A stretch of DNA of 64,000 nucleotides from Yuukianura sp. NJ FZ-2021. Taxonomy: Eukaryota. Of the stretch, positions 25,301 to 40,300 are shown piece after piece. The notes beneath the pieces are model-generated. The model did not search any database and was not told where the DNA came from. It worked only from the letters and a program-made list of their open reading frames with translations. Position 1 is the first letter of the stretch; each line of letters begins with the position of its first letter. Location of the stretch: assembly GCA_046563655.1 (NCBI GenBank), contig CM102285.1, forward strand, positions 11,284,001 through 11,348,000. Reading direction: 5' to 3'. Made by a program: the position numbers and the translations under genes.

Positions 25301-28300
25301 TCTACACTTTTCCGGCGTAGTTCAGTGCTGACGAGTTACGTATCAATTTTCTTTTTCGTCACGGTTCCTAGGTTTAAGGTTACTAATATTTCACCATTAG
25401 CCATCTCCTTGCATTATTTGTGTTAAAGCTACTCTGCTGAAGGTGCTGGGCAGGGTTTTCATAAAGGTTTCTAGATTTTATCTTCAGTTTTCACGACCAG
25501 GGAAAGGAGAAAATGGCAATATTCGGTTTCGTCCTGTTCAAAAGGTTGTTCAACATTTCAAAATAACCTTAAAAAGTTTTTTGAACTTCACTTTTTCTAA
25601 TTGGAAATACAAATTTTGCATTTTAGGGTTCTCGTGGACATTTCAAAATTTTGAGTTTTTGAACTCGGTTCTTGATCGTTTAGGCACAAATTTTACATTG
25701 ACTTCAGGTAGTCACATTTTTTTTCCTAAAAATTAAGTTTAATTTTATTGCCGTTTACAATATTTCGATGGTTTGGGGCAAATTTATTCCTATATGATAA
25801 AAAAAAGTTGCGGATGTAGTGTCGTGTTTTAATCGGAGAAATTTATGGAATTGACTCTTTAGACATTTTCAATAGTATAAAATTAAGAAATATAACGTTT
25901 TTGAATAATGTTTATTTTATTTTTTTTTGTCCTGCCATGCTGGTTAGATTTGTTTGAATTGATGAATCCTGAAAAGTGATGGTTTTAAGTGTTCTGTACT
26001 CTTTTGGGACTAGGGAGAATGATGGTAGAAGTTTAGAAAATGGAAACTTTTTATCAAGATGCTAGATAAAGCAGAGTAAAGTGCATCGCTCTGACTCTAC
26101 TTCTTTAGACGCTGTTCCTGTTCTGGTTATTGTTGTTCAAACCCGGTTTCAATGGCACGTTTTACAGTACGAGCTCATTTTCCCTTTAAAAGTATTAATG
26201 TCTCTCTGCAGTTGCAAAAATGATTTCGGAAGAGGATAAGGTGCGTTTTAGATCTTATAAGTTGAGTGGATGAAGATGTATTCTTAGAACTTGAATTCTT
26301 GAAAGTCTAAAGTAAGACTGCGTTCAGAATTTTCTCCTCTGACGTCCATTTGGAAGAGGGAGATAAAGGGGGAAGAAGGCGTTTTCTGAACGTATCCAAC
26401 AATTCATTCTCCCACATTCATTATGTACATTAACTGAGCCGGAATCTTCTTCAAGTGCAAAAGATAAGGTTAAGAAGTACCAAAGTTGGTTGAATTTGTG
26501 AATGGAATTAGCACTCCAAAGGGGTTTTGTGATCTTAAACAATAATGGTGTGATTACAAAATAGAAATGAAGGCGTAGGAAGGAATCTGGGTGATCTTTG
26601 TGAAAGTCATGAGCATGGCAGGGAGTAAGAAGTTTGGCTTTATTGAAGTTTTTGGCAAAATAGAATTTTCTTAGGTTAGGGCACTATAGTATCCATTAGT
26701 CATTTTCAAAACAATGGGAGAGGAGAAGAAAGTCAACCACTTGTGAAAGCATTCATGACTTTTGGCTAATTGCCTTTTTAGTACAAAGTCGAAAAGTTGA
26801 GTATCAGCTACTCACTACGGAAAGTTGCGTACAACATGATAGTAGAGTAAGAAATATCTTCAAGGAAGTCTGAGAATGATGTGAACAAATGGGTATTGTT
26901 GGCAAGTTCATCATCCATCCCAGAGTGCACTTGATCTCAAGATAAAGTTGGTGGTTTTATAATGGGCTTAACATGGACCTAGACGTAAATGTGTATGTGA
27001 CTTCCTGTGAACAAGTTGAAAAAGATTTTGGATTTGAGAAAGAGTTTTTGTTGTGCTTTAGACTCTCCTTAGTAATTATGTGTGAAGATGATGTGCTAAG
27101 ATCTTCTACTTATGATTCATCCTACTATGCTTTCCACTTTTATCACTTTCACCATCAGTTCCAAACTGACTTGTCTATCTGCCGCTTCCTGTCTGTTTAG
27201 GTTCATTTAAGTTTCTTGGAATTACTGCTCTTGAGGTTGAACTTTCAAGCCTAAACTTAAGAACTTAGCCAGCTCAACGTATATCAATGTTAACAAAGTC
27301 TCACACTAATTGAGCATAAATTTTTTTTTATAAAAAAAATGTGCATTTGTGAAATAATCATTCGTGAATTTCACCAGAAAAACACCAGCAAAAGAAAGTT
27401 TTGTTACCTTTCAGTTTTTTTTAAATTTCAAACCAGATTTAAGAATTTTTGAAAAGTAAATGGCGCAAATGTCCTTCTCACATTTTCGAAATTGTTTTTG
27501 AAAATCTGTCGGTGGGTGTGGCGAAAATGTGCTTGGGGAAAGCAAGAGTGCGGTTGTTTTTTGATTTTGAAACATGTTTGAAACACGGTGTACTTTTTGT
27601 ACTAAAATTTTGTGCTTTTGTGCTAAACAGGAGTTGGAGAAAGTGTCCATTTGGAGAACATGAGAGTCGTTGCCATTAGGTGAAGTGTGATAAATTGTTG
27701 TGGAAGGAGAAAGGAGTCTATTCTTTGTAAATTTCTCTATCAGTAGGAGGTTCTGTTCGTCTTCTATTATTTGGTGAAGACAGAGGAGAGAAAGACAGTA
27801 TCTTGGTAGTAGAGTTTCTATTGAAAAGAAAAAGAAATCTAGTTTTATCAGAAGGGAACAGATTGAATATATTTCATATGATGTTTTTCAATACAATGTT
27901 TGTCGTTACTCCTTTCCAAACAGACGTAAGGAGAATGTTCAACTAACATAATAATTTTGTTGCTAACATCAGGAGGCAGGGAGGGAAAGGAGAAAGAGAG
28001 AGTTCTTATCGCTGGGATAGCAGCAGGCTTTCTGCCAGTGTTTTCACTTTTCTCTTTTCTTCATTTTTTGTCGATATTCCCACTGTTACTTTTTTTTTGC
28101 TGTTAAAGGAAAAGTGAAAGGACGTAGGAAACTGTCCTGTGTTTTGGGATGAAAAATCTGGGAGCAATCGAGTGTGGATATCAACGGCAAACACCAAACA
28201 TAAATTCCATGTTAGACTGGCTCATGGTTTCTTTCGTAACAAGGGAGGAAAGGGGAGAAAGTACTACAACTTTCACTTTCGTCATTTTTTGGAAAGAGGG

Positions 28301-31300
28301 AATTCCTTATGGCATTGTGCAGATTGTAACAAAAATGGAGTGCTTAAGAGGAATCTGAGGCTGATGATAATGGTGATGTTGATGTATCATCATCGTCTTC
28401 TTCATGAATTGGCAAACGGATTGCAAAGTATTATCGACAAAATAAGGGCCATCATCTTCCGCTGTGCTGTTTTCTTTAGCAGTTTTGTTCGTAAGTAGTG
28501 GAAGAATGCTCAAAAAAAGTTCACTTTTTTGGAACTTACTTCTTAATTTTATTTTATTCTACAGAACAGAAAAATGGGCTTAACTTTGTATTGTGCTTTT
28601 GGTTTTAAACCAGTTTTTTGTGCTCTCTCCTCCAAACCAAGCGCAATGAAATTTTTCGTGCAAACGTCTGGAAGCTGCCAATTTTGTCTAAAATTTAAAG
28701 GTAGATCTGTTATCGTAGTTGCTCTCGTTTTTGTTCTTTGCGTGTTTTGTTGCAGGCGGAAAAGACCTTCGAATAACCATGAATATCGCAAACATTAATT
28801 ACCAGAATTGCGACACTGGGGTTCCTTGGTTTAACTTGGAGATACCATTTTCTGATGACGGCAAACACCCAACACTTGTGATTAGAGACTATTCTACGTG
28901 TATTATTCAAAACGGACACGTTATGTTTCGGGAGGTAGGATTTTACACAATTTACAGGCGTCACGCCTGGGATTTGATTAGCTTGTGAAGAGGATCCGGA
29001 TTCGAGTAAAAGGAATTGCATTTTTTGCACTGGGATAATTACACGAGCTCAGGAGTGTGAATGAATTAATTCGAATGCACATTATTAAGTTTTCGTTCGT
29101 TGCAAAATGACTCGGTTTCGACGGCACGTTTTTGCGCTAGTTTTTGAAAAAAAAAAATAGGAGCGTTGCAGGGAAATAGATTTTGAAATATTTAGTCATT
29201 TGAACTGGAGAAAGTCAATTGATTTTTAGGCCGATCGATTTTTGAAAAATTCAAAGATTTTCTGTTGACAAATTTAGAACTAGATTTTATAATGGTAGTG
29301 TCATTTTCTTAGCATTTTGCAATCAATTTGGAATACCGAATACAAAAGAACTTGTGACACTGACTGAATTTGTGACGAATTGAGCATTGAGAAAGCCATA
29401 GAGTTACCCAAGAGTCTGTTTGCCAAAGATTAATTGAAAGATTTAGGAGAACAGCTTATCTTTTGATCAGCCCAAAATGAAAGTATTGCATGTTGTAATT
29501 TCCGATTTTCCTCTTCATATGTTTTACGAAGGGATGGATATGGGTTTCTAGTTTCATTTGGAGCTGAAGTTGCTTTGCTGCTGCCATCAGTGACCTTATC
29601 TCTTTCACCATGGTTTGCCCAAGATCTAAAAGTATATTTTAGAACAGGAAGAGCAGACGGGGTGAGCCCTGATTGTCGTGTCCCTTAAGTCCCTATCGCA
29701 TTTCCCCGGTTTCTCCAATCCTTCCTGGAACGAAACGGCGGATGAGAGATGATGGTAAAAAATTGAGTCATGGAGGCTACATCTCACACATCTATCTCTC
29801 TTTCTCTTCATTCTTTTTTTTTGGTTCTAGCAGATTTATCAGTTGACATGTTTCCACTGCTTTGACTTTTTTGTCATCTCCCTGTCTCTGGTCCGATGAT
29901 GATTTTTTCTTGTTATCTCTTCCTAGGAAAACTCCTTATGATCCTGTTTCAAAAAATCTGAAGTAAAAAGTATGGATTTGTGACCTACTTTCTTCAAAAT
30001 TTTCTGGGATTTTGACAGTATCGTTGGAAATTCCAGGTTTCAGGTTGAAAGTTGTTTTCCTTGTGTTTTTTTCGAATTTGGGAAAATTGACGTTAGCAGT
30101 TTGTAAATTCTGGTTTATGAAAATTTTGAGTGCGTTGGACGCGTAATTCGAGGAACAAAGATTATGAGGGGAGACATAAGTTGAAGTGGTTATTTATTTG
30201 ATGTTAGATTTCACGCAGTAATCGTACGAGAACTGAACGGTATTCTACACTTTTATCTTGTGTATTGGACTATGATAAAGTCCTTAATTTTTTAGTTATA
30301 AATCAATAAAATGAGAATGTCATGATCTGTTTTGTAAAAAGTAAACAAACTCACAAATCTAAACTTGTTGAAGAGGATTTTTATCAGGAAATTTATGGGA
30401 TTTTGCCTGTAAAGTCAAGTCCAAACTGAAGTGATCTCGGAAATCATTTTTATTTTCAAGATTTCCTAAGTAAAGTCTACATCATCATCCTTCTGCTACT
30501 TTTTTTTATCAAATAAAGTGGGAAATGTGATGAAATTTATCAAGAACATTTCCGAATAAAATCTCAAACAAACTGTTCTCGACTGGTAGTGGTTGAGGAT
30601 GAGACGGAATTTTAGTATCACGAGAGATTCGAAACACTTGAACAGATTGACCATTTTTTTTTGCTTCTTCGTTAGTTTGCACAAGGATTCTCATCATCAC
30701 GGTTGCTTCTTTTTTTGTGCTGGTTTTTTGTTGAATTAGGATGATTACCTGGGAATTATTACGACGTTTTTCTGACTATTTATCCTTCAGAGTGTGAGAT
30801 ATTGAGATGAAAAACACTTATGAAGATGACCATGGAATAAATTTTTTTTGATACAACAAAAAAGTTCTGTCACATCATTTAGAGCTTATGCAACATGAAA
30901 AGACTGTATCGGAATATCAAATTTTCATCATTCACGCACCTGTATTTGCCCTACTGTTTTCTCATTCAAACATTTTTTTAGGACAAAAAGAGAACTTAAA
31001 TCATGGCAAGAGGAAGAAAATCATCATCCTTGTTTTCTTATTCATTGATTCATGAATGATCGACCCAAAAATATGGATTTTGATTTTCAGTTTTTTTTTG
31101 AGTTTTTGAGGAAGAACGCAGTAAAAATGAGAATTTGAAATTTTTGTGGCCTTTATGGAGGGAAAAGTGAGTCAAAGGACGCAGGAATTCTTCGAACAGA
31201 GTTTTCATGTCAAACCTATTAAGGAAATCTTTGAAGATTATTTTCTCATAACCTTAGTTAGTTAGTACTGTCGTTGTTGGTTTAGTTTTGTTGATGATGT

Positions 31301-34300
31301 AAGGACACAATAATGAGTTTGATAGTGGAGAGGCCGATAGAAGTCGATTAGGTCACCGACATGGGTGTTATCCTCCTTTTGCATGACAGAAACTGGAGGA
31401 AACTTGATTTTGAGTTCTAGAGATTCTACTATTCTAATGACAAGATGAGAGAGAGGAATAGGTGATTGTTTTTTGATTATGGCTAGAATTGTAGTTTTTG
31501 TAATGTAATTTGTAGAATGATAGAAGTTTATGGGGGTTTGTGGTACTGCGTACTGTGTAAGTATGGTGTGAGAGGATTTATGAGATGCTGGTCACAGCAA
31601 ATTAAGTATATTGTTGCTTGTAGTTATGGATTAGGCGTAGGATGGATGACCCTTAAGGTTAGGCTATGGGGGAGGGGGAAGAGGTTGGTGGGGGTGGGAA
31701 GAAGCTCTTCTTCTTTATCATTGCAGAGATCAAGAAGACGAGTTCAGGTTTTAGGTTTTACAGAGGCTCTAATGACCTAACAAGGGTTTGACGCCATAGG
31801 AAAACAGAACAAAAGAATTAGGAGGTGCAGACAATTATTATGAGAGGGAAAAAGATCCAAAAGGTGTAATTTTTCTCACTTTCTTAAGATTTGGAGATTT
31901 TGCAGTGTAAAGTCGAAATAGTCCTTGTCTCAACATTTTTTGTTGAAAAATAAACAAAAATGCAAAAATCGGAACGAGAAAATTGATTTTCAAAGCGCCA
32001 AATGGACGAGTATCTTGAGAAATCACTTAAATTCTTCTTTGCTCTTTGACACAAAATTTGTTGAACGGCGTTTTAGTACACAATGTTAAGTGTAGTTTTA
32101 AGTGTAAGTTTTTAGACTCCTTTTGGAATTCTATTGTATACACTAATTAGTTTTGTTTTTTTATATATGTTTTTTTTTGGTTTAGTATTATTTATGTGAG
32201 TGTATGAGATTTGATGAGTGAGATTTGGGTTGGTACGTGATTGAAACCTGTTTTGAGTATTTTTTCTCACTTTGAAAGTAATTACTCAAGAGGCTTAAAA
32301 ATCGGATGAGTCTGAAACTTTATCAGGCGATCTCATTTGACTGGAAGAGCATATGTTCCTGCCTGAGTAATAATGATGAAGGTCATACTTGTTTTTAGCC
32401 TCTACGCTGTTGTGTTTTTTCCGTATCCTATGGTACTTATTGTGTAGTCGTGAGGGTGTGAATTCATATAAATTAGATCGTTAAGTATGCAAGAAGTGCT
32501 TCGCCAAGTTCCAAGGCTCTCTCGTTAGATAGAGGAAGCGAGATAGAAAAATTAGACAATTCCCTAACAATTTTTTTCTTGTTTTGTTTTGAGAGAGGAA
32601 GAACATTAAGAATCTGATTTTTTACTGATCTGTATCAACTGAGTTCAAACTGAACGGAGGAGGGAGGAGGTTTGAAGGGAATTTTACGATTGGTGTGATT
32701 TTTATAAAGAGGAAAGAACCTGTTTTCAACTTAATACTTTATGAAGACGCGCCAGAGAGTTATGAGTGCAAAAAATAGTGTAAGTTGGTGGTTACTGTTT
32801 AATTACAGAAATTTATTGTTGCAGGGTTGAGGATTTAGGTGCAATATTTTTACGTTACTTTTTTGATGAGGAGTACGTGAAGGGGAGGTTGATTTTCTGA
32901 TTGTACTTAGGGATAAGTTCTCATTCAATTAGAAATTGAAATCATGGAGGTAGGAGTTGTTTTGAAATCCTTACTAAAGTTTAAGTTATGTAACTGATTT
33001 AGATTTAGATTAATCAGTGCAGGGCAAATGATGAGTGGGTTGGAGTGGAGAAGCTATATAGTCTTCAACGTATCATTATTTTGAATCTGTTTTATAGTTT
33101 GATGGAGTAGCTGCTTCAAAATTTCAAGAGCTAAAAAAATTGAGAGTCGAAAAAAATCATGATTTTCTGCCTTTTGTTACTGAAAAATATCGTGATGAAG
33201 TGGAGGAGTTTTTGAAACCAAGTGGATTCGGATGCGGCATGGGAAATGCTATGTTGTTCTGCCTCCTGCTGCGTTTGTGTTGTTCAATTAAGTTTATTGT
33301 GTAACTCAATCCAGAGAGAAAGTTTTTGGAAAACTTTCGTTTCGTTGACAGAATCAAACGTGGATGATTTTGAAGTTGTTTTCACAATCAACTTGTGTAT
33401 TGTTTTAGGTTTCAACTTTATATGCTGAAGAGTTCCACTAATTTTGATGTTAAAATTGGATTAAGAGTTTGATGATATTCGTTGACTTGAGAATGCACTG
33501 TTGTCATCGTCATCACCACTGGTGGAGAAATAGTTTTAATCTAGGGAGAAAGTCAAGGATTCCAAAATTCCTGCGTCTTAATAACGCTTCACTTGACTCG
33601 AAACCTGTTTTTCGTATTCCGTCGAATTCGTTTTGTGTTGAGGGATATTGGAGGCAAGGAGCGTCAAATATTTTGATGTTGGCGGGAGATGACATTAGAA
33701 TTCAGCTCAGGTCACCGACAGAAGGATCATTAATGAAAGAATAGGAAATGTTTTACTTTTACCTTATGTTTTGTTCCGACTGGAGAGAAGTAGAAGTGGG
33801 TGGTGCGGAATGAAGAAGCCCTTTTGACACATGTCATTGTCATAGAAATTGAAGGAATGAATTTATCCAGACACACATCCTGGGCTTTCTCCAATGTCCT
33901 AGAAGATGATGGGGATTTGGAAGGGAGGGGAAAGTGACAAGCAATTTCCTTTGGAAGAAACTTATTTGAGAGACACTGGGCTCCTTTAGTAAGGATGAGG
34001 AATAAGGAAACTGACTTTCTCCGCCTCCTTCTTGACATTTGACAAACAAGTCGTATTTAGAAGAGGATAATACTTAGGCAGAGCCCAGCAAAAACGAATT
34101 GAATATGAAAGTGATAGGTGGAGGTTTTAGGAACATGCAGAGGCAAAGAGAAACTTGATCCGGGGCTATTACTCTTTCTTTTGGTGGGGAAAGTTGCGAG
34201 GAAGAAAGTTAATGCAATGTAAACTTTTGGATTTAAGGAAGGGCGGGAAAGTGATGTTTTAGGCTCATTAGAGTCATCATTTGAGCTCATTTGTATCAAG

Positions 34301-37300
34301 TGACACGAGGCATGTTGCTTTAATAGTATAAAGTATGGTACGGGTTAGAGAGCGTGACCTGACAGATATTTAGCACGTTATTTTTCACCATTAGCCTGTC
34401 ATTTCCTTGGGTCTTTGCACAAAATTTTAAAGAAAGTTTAAAACTAAAGTCGTTTAAAGAGAAAGTTTTGAAAAACGGACTTGGCGCAGGCTTGTCATGA
34501 GATTTAGGATTTCGGAGAAAGTGAAACTTTTTTCTTCCAGATTTTGAAGTGTAGGTGTAAAAAGACGTGTAAGTGAAACTAAGGTTATTACGTTTTCCAA
34601 AGTTATGAGCAATTTTGGATTTTGATTACGTTTATGGATCTAACTTTGTTTTCACGAACAAGTATACAGTATGTAAATACAAATTTTAATTCTGTGAAAA
34701 TTCAATGCCGCGTGAATTTTTTTGTTCATATTCACTCTTTTCTTTTCTTTTTTCGTAAAAAGTTGGGGTTATGAAATAGTGCACCATGCTTTCTCTTCGA
34801 TTTTAACTGGAAATTGGAGAAATGAGAAACCGATTTTGAGGGTTGTGGTTTTAAAGTTGACATGTGGTTAGGAACATGTCCCGAACTTTAATAACTTGTA
34901 TTCTCTCCTTTCACTTGCCAACATTTCCCCATTTTAGAACCTCCACACTTGAAACTCTCCACAATCCCTTCTCGCCTGCTGCCTTCCTCTTCAGATGCAT
35001 GTCTTGAAGTTACATTAAAATGCAAAGCACTTATTTGGAAGTGACATACACTTGACAGTTTAATATTTGAAATTATGTGTTTGGAAAAGTGGTTGTCTCT
35101 GTACGTTGTCGCCTCCCCTGACAGTTTCTGTGTATTATAATACATTTTGAAGTTACTTTTTGCATAATTGAAGGTATTTCACTGTTTAGGTTTTGCAGAC
35201 GGGGATTGTATACATTTAGAAACAGTTTGACATTTCACAACAACCATCTGACTCATTTGCAATTTTCACACATCTTCATTATGTCGAATGAGTAAAGTAC
35301 GGGAAGGGGTGGAACTGGAATTGCAAATTTTGTAACTTAAAAATTCATACTTTTGTAAAAACATCTTCAGTCAATTTCTCAATTCATTTTAATAACTTAA
35401 TTTCTCAATTCCGCTTCCTTTGAAACAAGTTGTTTGAAATTAGGAAATTCTTGAAGTTAGAGAATTGATTTTTGAAAATTTCGTCTTGAGCATTAAAACT
35501 TGCGGGGTTGTTGAAATTTCTTCTTGTAAGCAACATTTTTCGGAGAAATTAGGCAGATGATTTGGAGGTCATTAGCCGCTTCCTAAAAATATCCTAAGTT
35601 AGACTTACAACTTTATCTTTCCCGCATGCTGACTGAGTGCATGGACTTTTGAATCTTGAAATGTGTCTCTATCTTGGTTCAGTTGCTGAAGATAAATTTC
35701 GAAGCACCCAATGGAATCATTTAATTTGATTACGGAAAAGTTCAACTTGGATGATTCTCATGTGACTTTTCGATGGAAGTTTGAAGTCTTGTTTATTTTG
35801 ACGATGAGTTCATGTGTCATCTCGGTCAAGTCATCTAGGAAGGGCTAGGCAATGATTTTTTAAGATTGGAGGATATGAAGAGGGCTTGCCTTCATCTTCC
35901 CATGAATTTAATTGACTCCAAAAACTTTGGACTTGATCTGACGAAGAAATCATGTATCAACTGCTTTTTTTTTCTTCTTGTGCTAAGACCTTAAAAGTTG
36001 AAGAAGATTATGACAAAGTCATCTTGTTTTTCCTGTTCGGTCAACTTGATTATTATGACAGTTTATCACTTCTGATGGGTCTCTTAAGCTCTTTTAGAAG
36101 TTTTTAGTATCTTGGCGTCTATCTCTTAGTTAAGAATTTTGCGGCACAGGGAGATTGCGATATTTTGTTGGCAGCAACTGCTCTGAACTTTGGAGGATTA
36201 GAGAAGAAACAAGTCGAAGAGATTTCATTAGGGATGGAATAATTAAAAAGGTTGGCAATAATCTTTAAAGTCATGGACGTTCAAAACGTGGAGCGAAGTG
36301 TCCGTTAGGTTAACATGGATTTGGGCTTAATGATCTTTGAAGAATGGAGTTGAGGGAGAGGATGGGTGGTATACAAAGTACAAAGGAGGCAGAGAAAACT
36401 TTGGTCTGATTTTGAAAGATGATAAAAACGTGGGAGATGAAGCCTTGTGCAGAGAATAGAACTGAAAACTAAAGGAAAGTCCTTGCCTTTGAAGTTTTTT
36501 CCGGGAGAAAAGCAAGTCTTATCAGGTTGAAGATTTGGAGCGCCGATAAGTTTTTGGTCTTTGACTAAAACGTTGAAGCTGAAGCAGAGAGAATCGAAGT
36601 CTTTTGAAAAAGGACGTTCGTTGCTGCCAGCTTACGCTGACTATGACCTATGCTGTTGAAGTGGTGAGAGATAGTGAAGAGGATGCTGTTGGAGTTCTAA
36701 TCTTCCAAAAATCCGAATCCCGGGGCCTTTGCTTTTTTTTGCTTCGGGAGACGCGGAATAAGCATCTTCTTGTGTACTAGTTTCAATCTAAAGTGATCTT
36801 CTATTATAGTAAAGCCGAAGTTTGGAAGGAGTGTGTTATACTTTATACAGTAGAAAATGTTGTACTTTCTGTAAGCATTTTCTAACTTTGAATTCAATCT
36901 ATCTCTTCGTCTCCTTTTTTTCTAAACACATCGTCAATCTCTTTGGCTCATCTACAATGAATGAGTGAGCCTATTCGGAAGTTCGACTTGTGTGTGCGGA
37001 CTTTGATGGAGGAATCAAGTGACTAAAATGCATTCAAGATTAGAAAGAATCGAGGCAGGAGAGCCGTAGACTTTGCTAGTTGGGCGAGAAAGAAAGTTTT
37101 TTTTTTATTCTGTTACACTTTATCTCTTTCGCAACGTCTTTTTCCACTACAGACTTTCTCTTCTTTTCTCTTCACTTCCAATGTGTGATTCTTTGAACTT
37201 TTGACTGCTGATGTTGATTGATACTCTGCTAAAAGAGAAAGTTTAGAAGACAAGCTCGCACAAAAGATCATTACTGTTTGGCTTTTTCAGTTTTTTGTGT

Positions 37301-40300
37301 AAACTGAAACTTGAAATTAGATTTCTGATTAAACTTGAAAGAAAGTTTGAAAAAAAGGGAAATGTGTAAATTTTGGAACTATAGAATGAAACTATAGTTT
37401 ATTTAAAAAAAAGTTATGCTAAGGCTAAAAAGGAATGTCGTTTTGTAATTTATTTGGAGAATATGCGTTTTGGTGGTTATGTTTCTCATTTTGAAAGACT
37501 AACCGCAGAGGTGAAAGTATAATTTGCTGACAAAGGGGGAAAGTGCTTAAGGATGTCATGTTATGTTCCAAATTAGAGGTACAAGTTCGTTCTGACACTT
37601 GGTTGACAGGGACCTCGGTTAAGGGCTCCCTATCGTTCCAGAACTTTCTCTTTCCGTTACGCTATGTGCTTTCCCTTATGTCAGACTGCCCTAAGTTTGA
37701 GCACTGCCTCATTTAACTTTGCCTTTTAGAGATTGTGATCCGGGGTCCTTACTATGTGACAAACAAAGTGAAAATTTGCATGCCTAAATTATTCGCTCCA
37801 CTTGAGAAAATTCTATCTCGTTTTCCCGTCTTCCGGAGAAAGTTTTAGCTTTCCATCAGGTTCACCTCAAGCGTGTTACACTAGTTTCTCCATTTCCTGA
37901 TTGTTGGAATACGACTATTCCAGGCACAAAGTTTTGTCTGGAAAGCTTGGTTCTTCTGGAGGAAGTTCTGGCCAAAAAGTAAAACTGAAATCTTGTCTAG
38001 AAAAGCAAAGGGAGACTATAGAAGGAAAAGACGAGTCAAAGAAGCATTTATCCTTCGTATCTTGGTGGATTCTGAAAGGGCTGAAGAAGACGAAGTTGAT
38101 GTGATAGAAGGGGCTGATAAGTTAGAAATGGATTGTATATTGATAAAAGTGGCAAGCAAGTCTTTCTTAAGCTATCGCAGAAGCCGCAGTCACTTGGACT
38201 CTATTTCCAGCAAGCAGCTAGCAGAACTGTACTTATTTTATATATGCATTAAGGCTAAAGCCTTGTGCACTTATCAATCCTTGACAATCTAAACGGTAAT
38301 GTGACTTTTTGGAGAGATTAAGCTTTTTCCTATAAGCTTCTTCTTCTTTGGTTGGATTGACTGATGGAAAAACTCCAAGGAGACTCAAATCTTGTCTCTG
38401 TCGTGATGAAATGGGCTTTGCAAGGCGACACGGTGTTTACCTCAGGCCTTTGATTTTTAAAAAATAACCTTGGACTATTTCACACTACTATGCAGTGTGA
38501 CTCTGTTTAATTCCCAATCTTGATATGGTTGTAAAACCTGAATTAAGTAGTTGTATTGGAAGTGAATGTGTGAATAATACTACGAGAAATAAAGATTTCA
38601 ATCTCTAAACTTAGGACGTAGAACAGAGGAACCGATTTGTCCTACTTTTTGTGGATATTAAAATCCTGAGGGTCTAAAATGTTGTTTCCGTTATAATTTT
38701 TTGTATTTTTAAGTTTTAGAATAATTGGGTGAAGATTGAAACGAAGTGGGCTGTTCTAGTATAGGAAGAATCGGAATAATCATTTCCCAACTTCCTTTGA
38801 TAATGGATTCGGGCGAAGTTAGAGTGAAAAGGCCTTGGAATAATCTCAATCCTGTTTTCTTAGAATTACATCCGATAGTGAATTGTTTCTAAAGCGAAGT
38901 TGCCAAAATTGCGAGTAAACTGAGCAAAATGGTGAAAGCTGGGTTTGTAAACTTTGCTTCTGTAAGAGAAATTTCCGAATGAAAATAGAGACAAGTTTTG
39001 GAAGGTTTTTGTTTTTTGTTAGTTTCGAAGAAAGGGAAATAGTAAAAGTTAAGAAATCATGTTTTTATGGCAGAGATGTTTCGACTCGATCTTTTATTTA
39101 GGACGCTCGAGATTTTTTCGTCAGTAGTCATTTCATTTTTTGAATTTTCAGCAAATTTTTGATGATTTTTTTTTTGTCTTTTAGTGAGGAGTTTTTTCAC
39201 AAAATTTTAACAGTTTTGTCTCTGTACTTACGTAAGACATTACACTGCAACAAGCTAAATTTTATTAGTTATTTTATATTTTTTATAAAGTTGAACATAA
39301 AAGTTTTCGTGAAAATCACGTACAACTAAAATTTTTGATGTCGGAATAGGCCGAAACTATAAACCATTTTTCTCATTTTTTTTGCGAAAAGTCAATTTGG
39401 AAAAACTTTCGAAATTTTACATGATTAGTCAAATTTTGTGAGAAGGTGGGTGTGGTGCTGGTCCTGTGGTCTTTGGAGATATGTCATTCATCGTTCCATA
39501 AAGCTTAGAAAAATTGCCATCCCGACTTATTAGAAAGTGACAGTGGGGAAATCGCTTTCACTTCTTAGAAAAATGATCCTGACATTTTTTAAGCTTCTTC
39601 CAAACTTTTTCTTGGTTGATAGTTGGAAGATAATATGGAAATCTAGTGGCACTTTTTTCTTTTTTGGTTAAAAAAGAAATTGAATTTTGGTCGTACTACT
39701 CTTCTGGGTGAACAAAACTTTCTTTTTTTCGGTGTGGTATTTTCGGTTAAGGTTTTTGTGGTTGGATGGAAAAGCTAGGGAGAGTTACACACTAATTTCT
39801 GACTTGAATTTGTAAATAGGTCTACACGCCTTTTTTGACAGGCAGGGGATAATTTATATTCTTCGCCTTTTCCCAACCTTTTCTTATTCTTGAGCAGAAC
39901 TTTTTATGATTCGTTTTTTCTCTCTCTTTTGAGTCTGAACTTTTTTTTTTGGTTAACTGAAAGTACCACACGACTCGCGTTCAACTTGAACTTTCTCTCT
40001 GGCGTTCCTGAATTTCGATTTTGGCGTGACTTCTTGTCTGAATTTCGGATTTTGGATGAAATTCAAGTGTTTTTGGTTCTGGGTAGGTTAGGTTTTTGTT
40101 CTTTGGATTTGTGGGAGTGATGACGAGAAACTATTGTGGCGTCTGGGTATCCAAAATTGATCAATGATCTCTGAGGGAAGACAGTTTTGAGAATGAGCCT
40201 AATCTCTAAACTCTGTTCAGTTCAAATCTGATTGTTGTCTATTCATGAGTTTCCCAAGTGTAGAGTTGCTATTCCTTCGAATAGGGAGCATGAGCCAAGG

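Noticed and set aside
33730..34038. Minus-strand ORF starting MSRRRRRKS, resembling the NuRD motif
   Set aside because: Antisense to ush, lacks KQxxP, and the rest has no recognisable domain. Chance resemblance.
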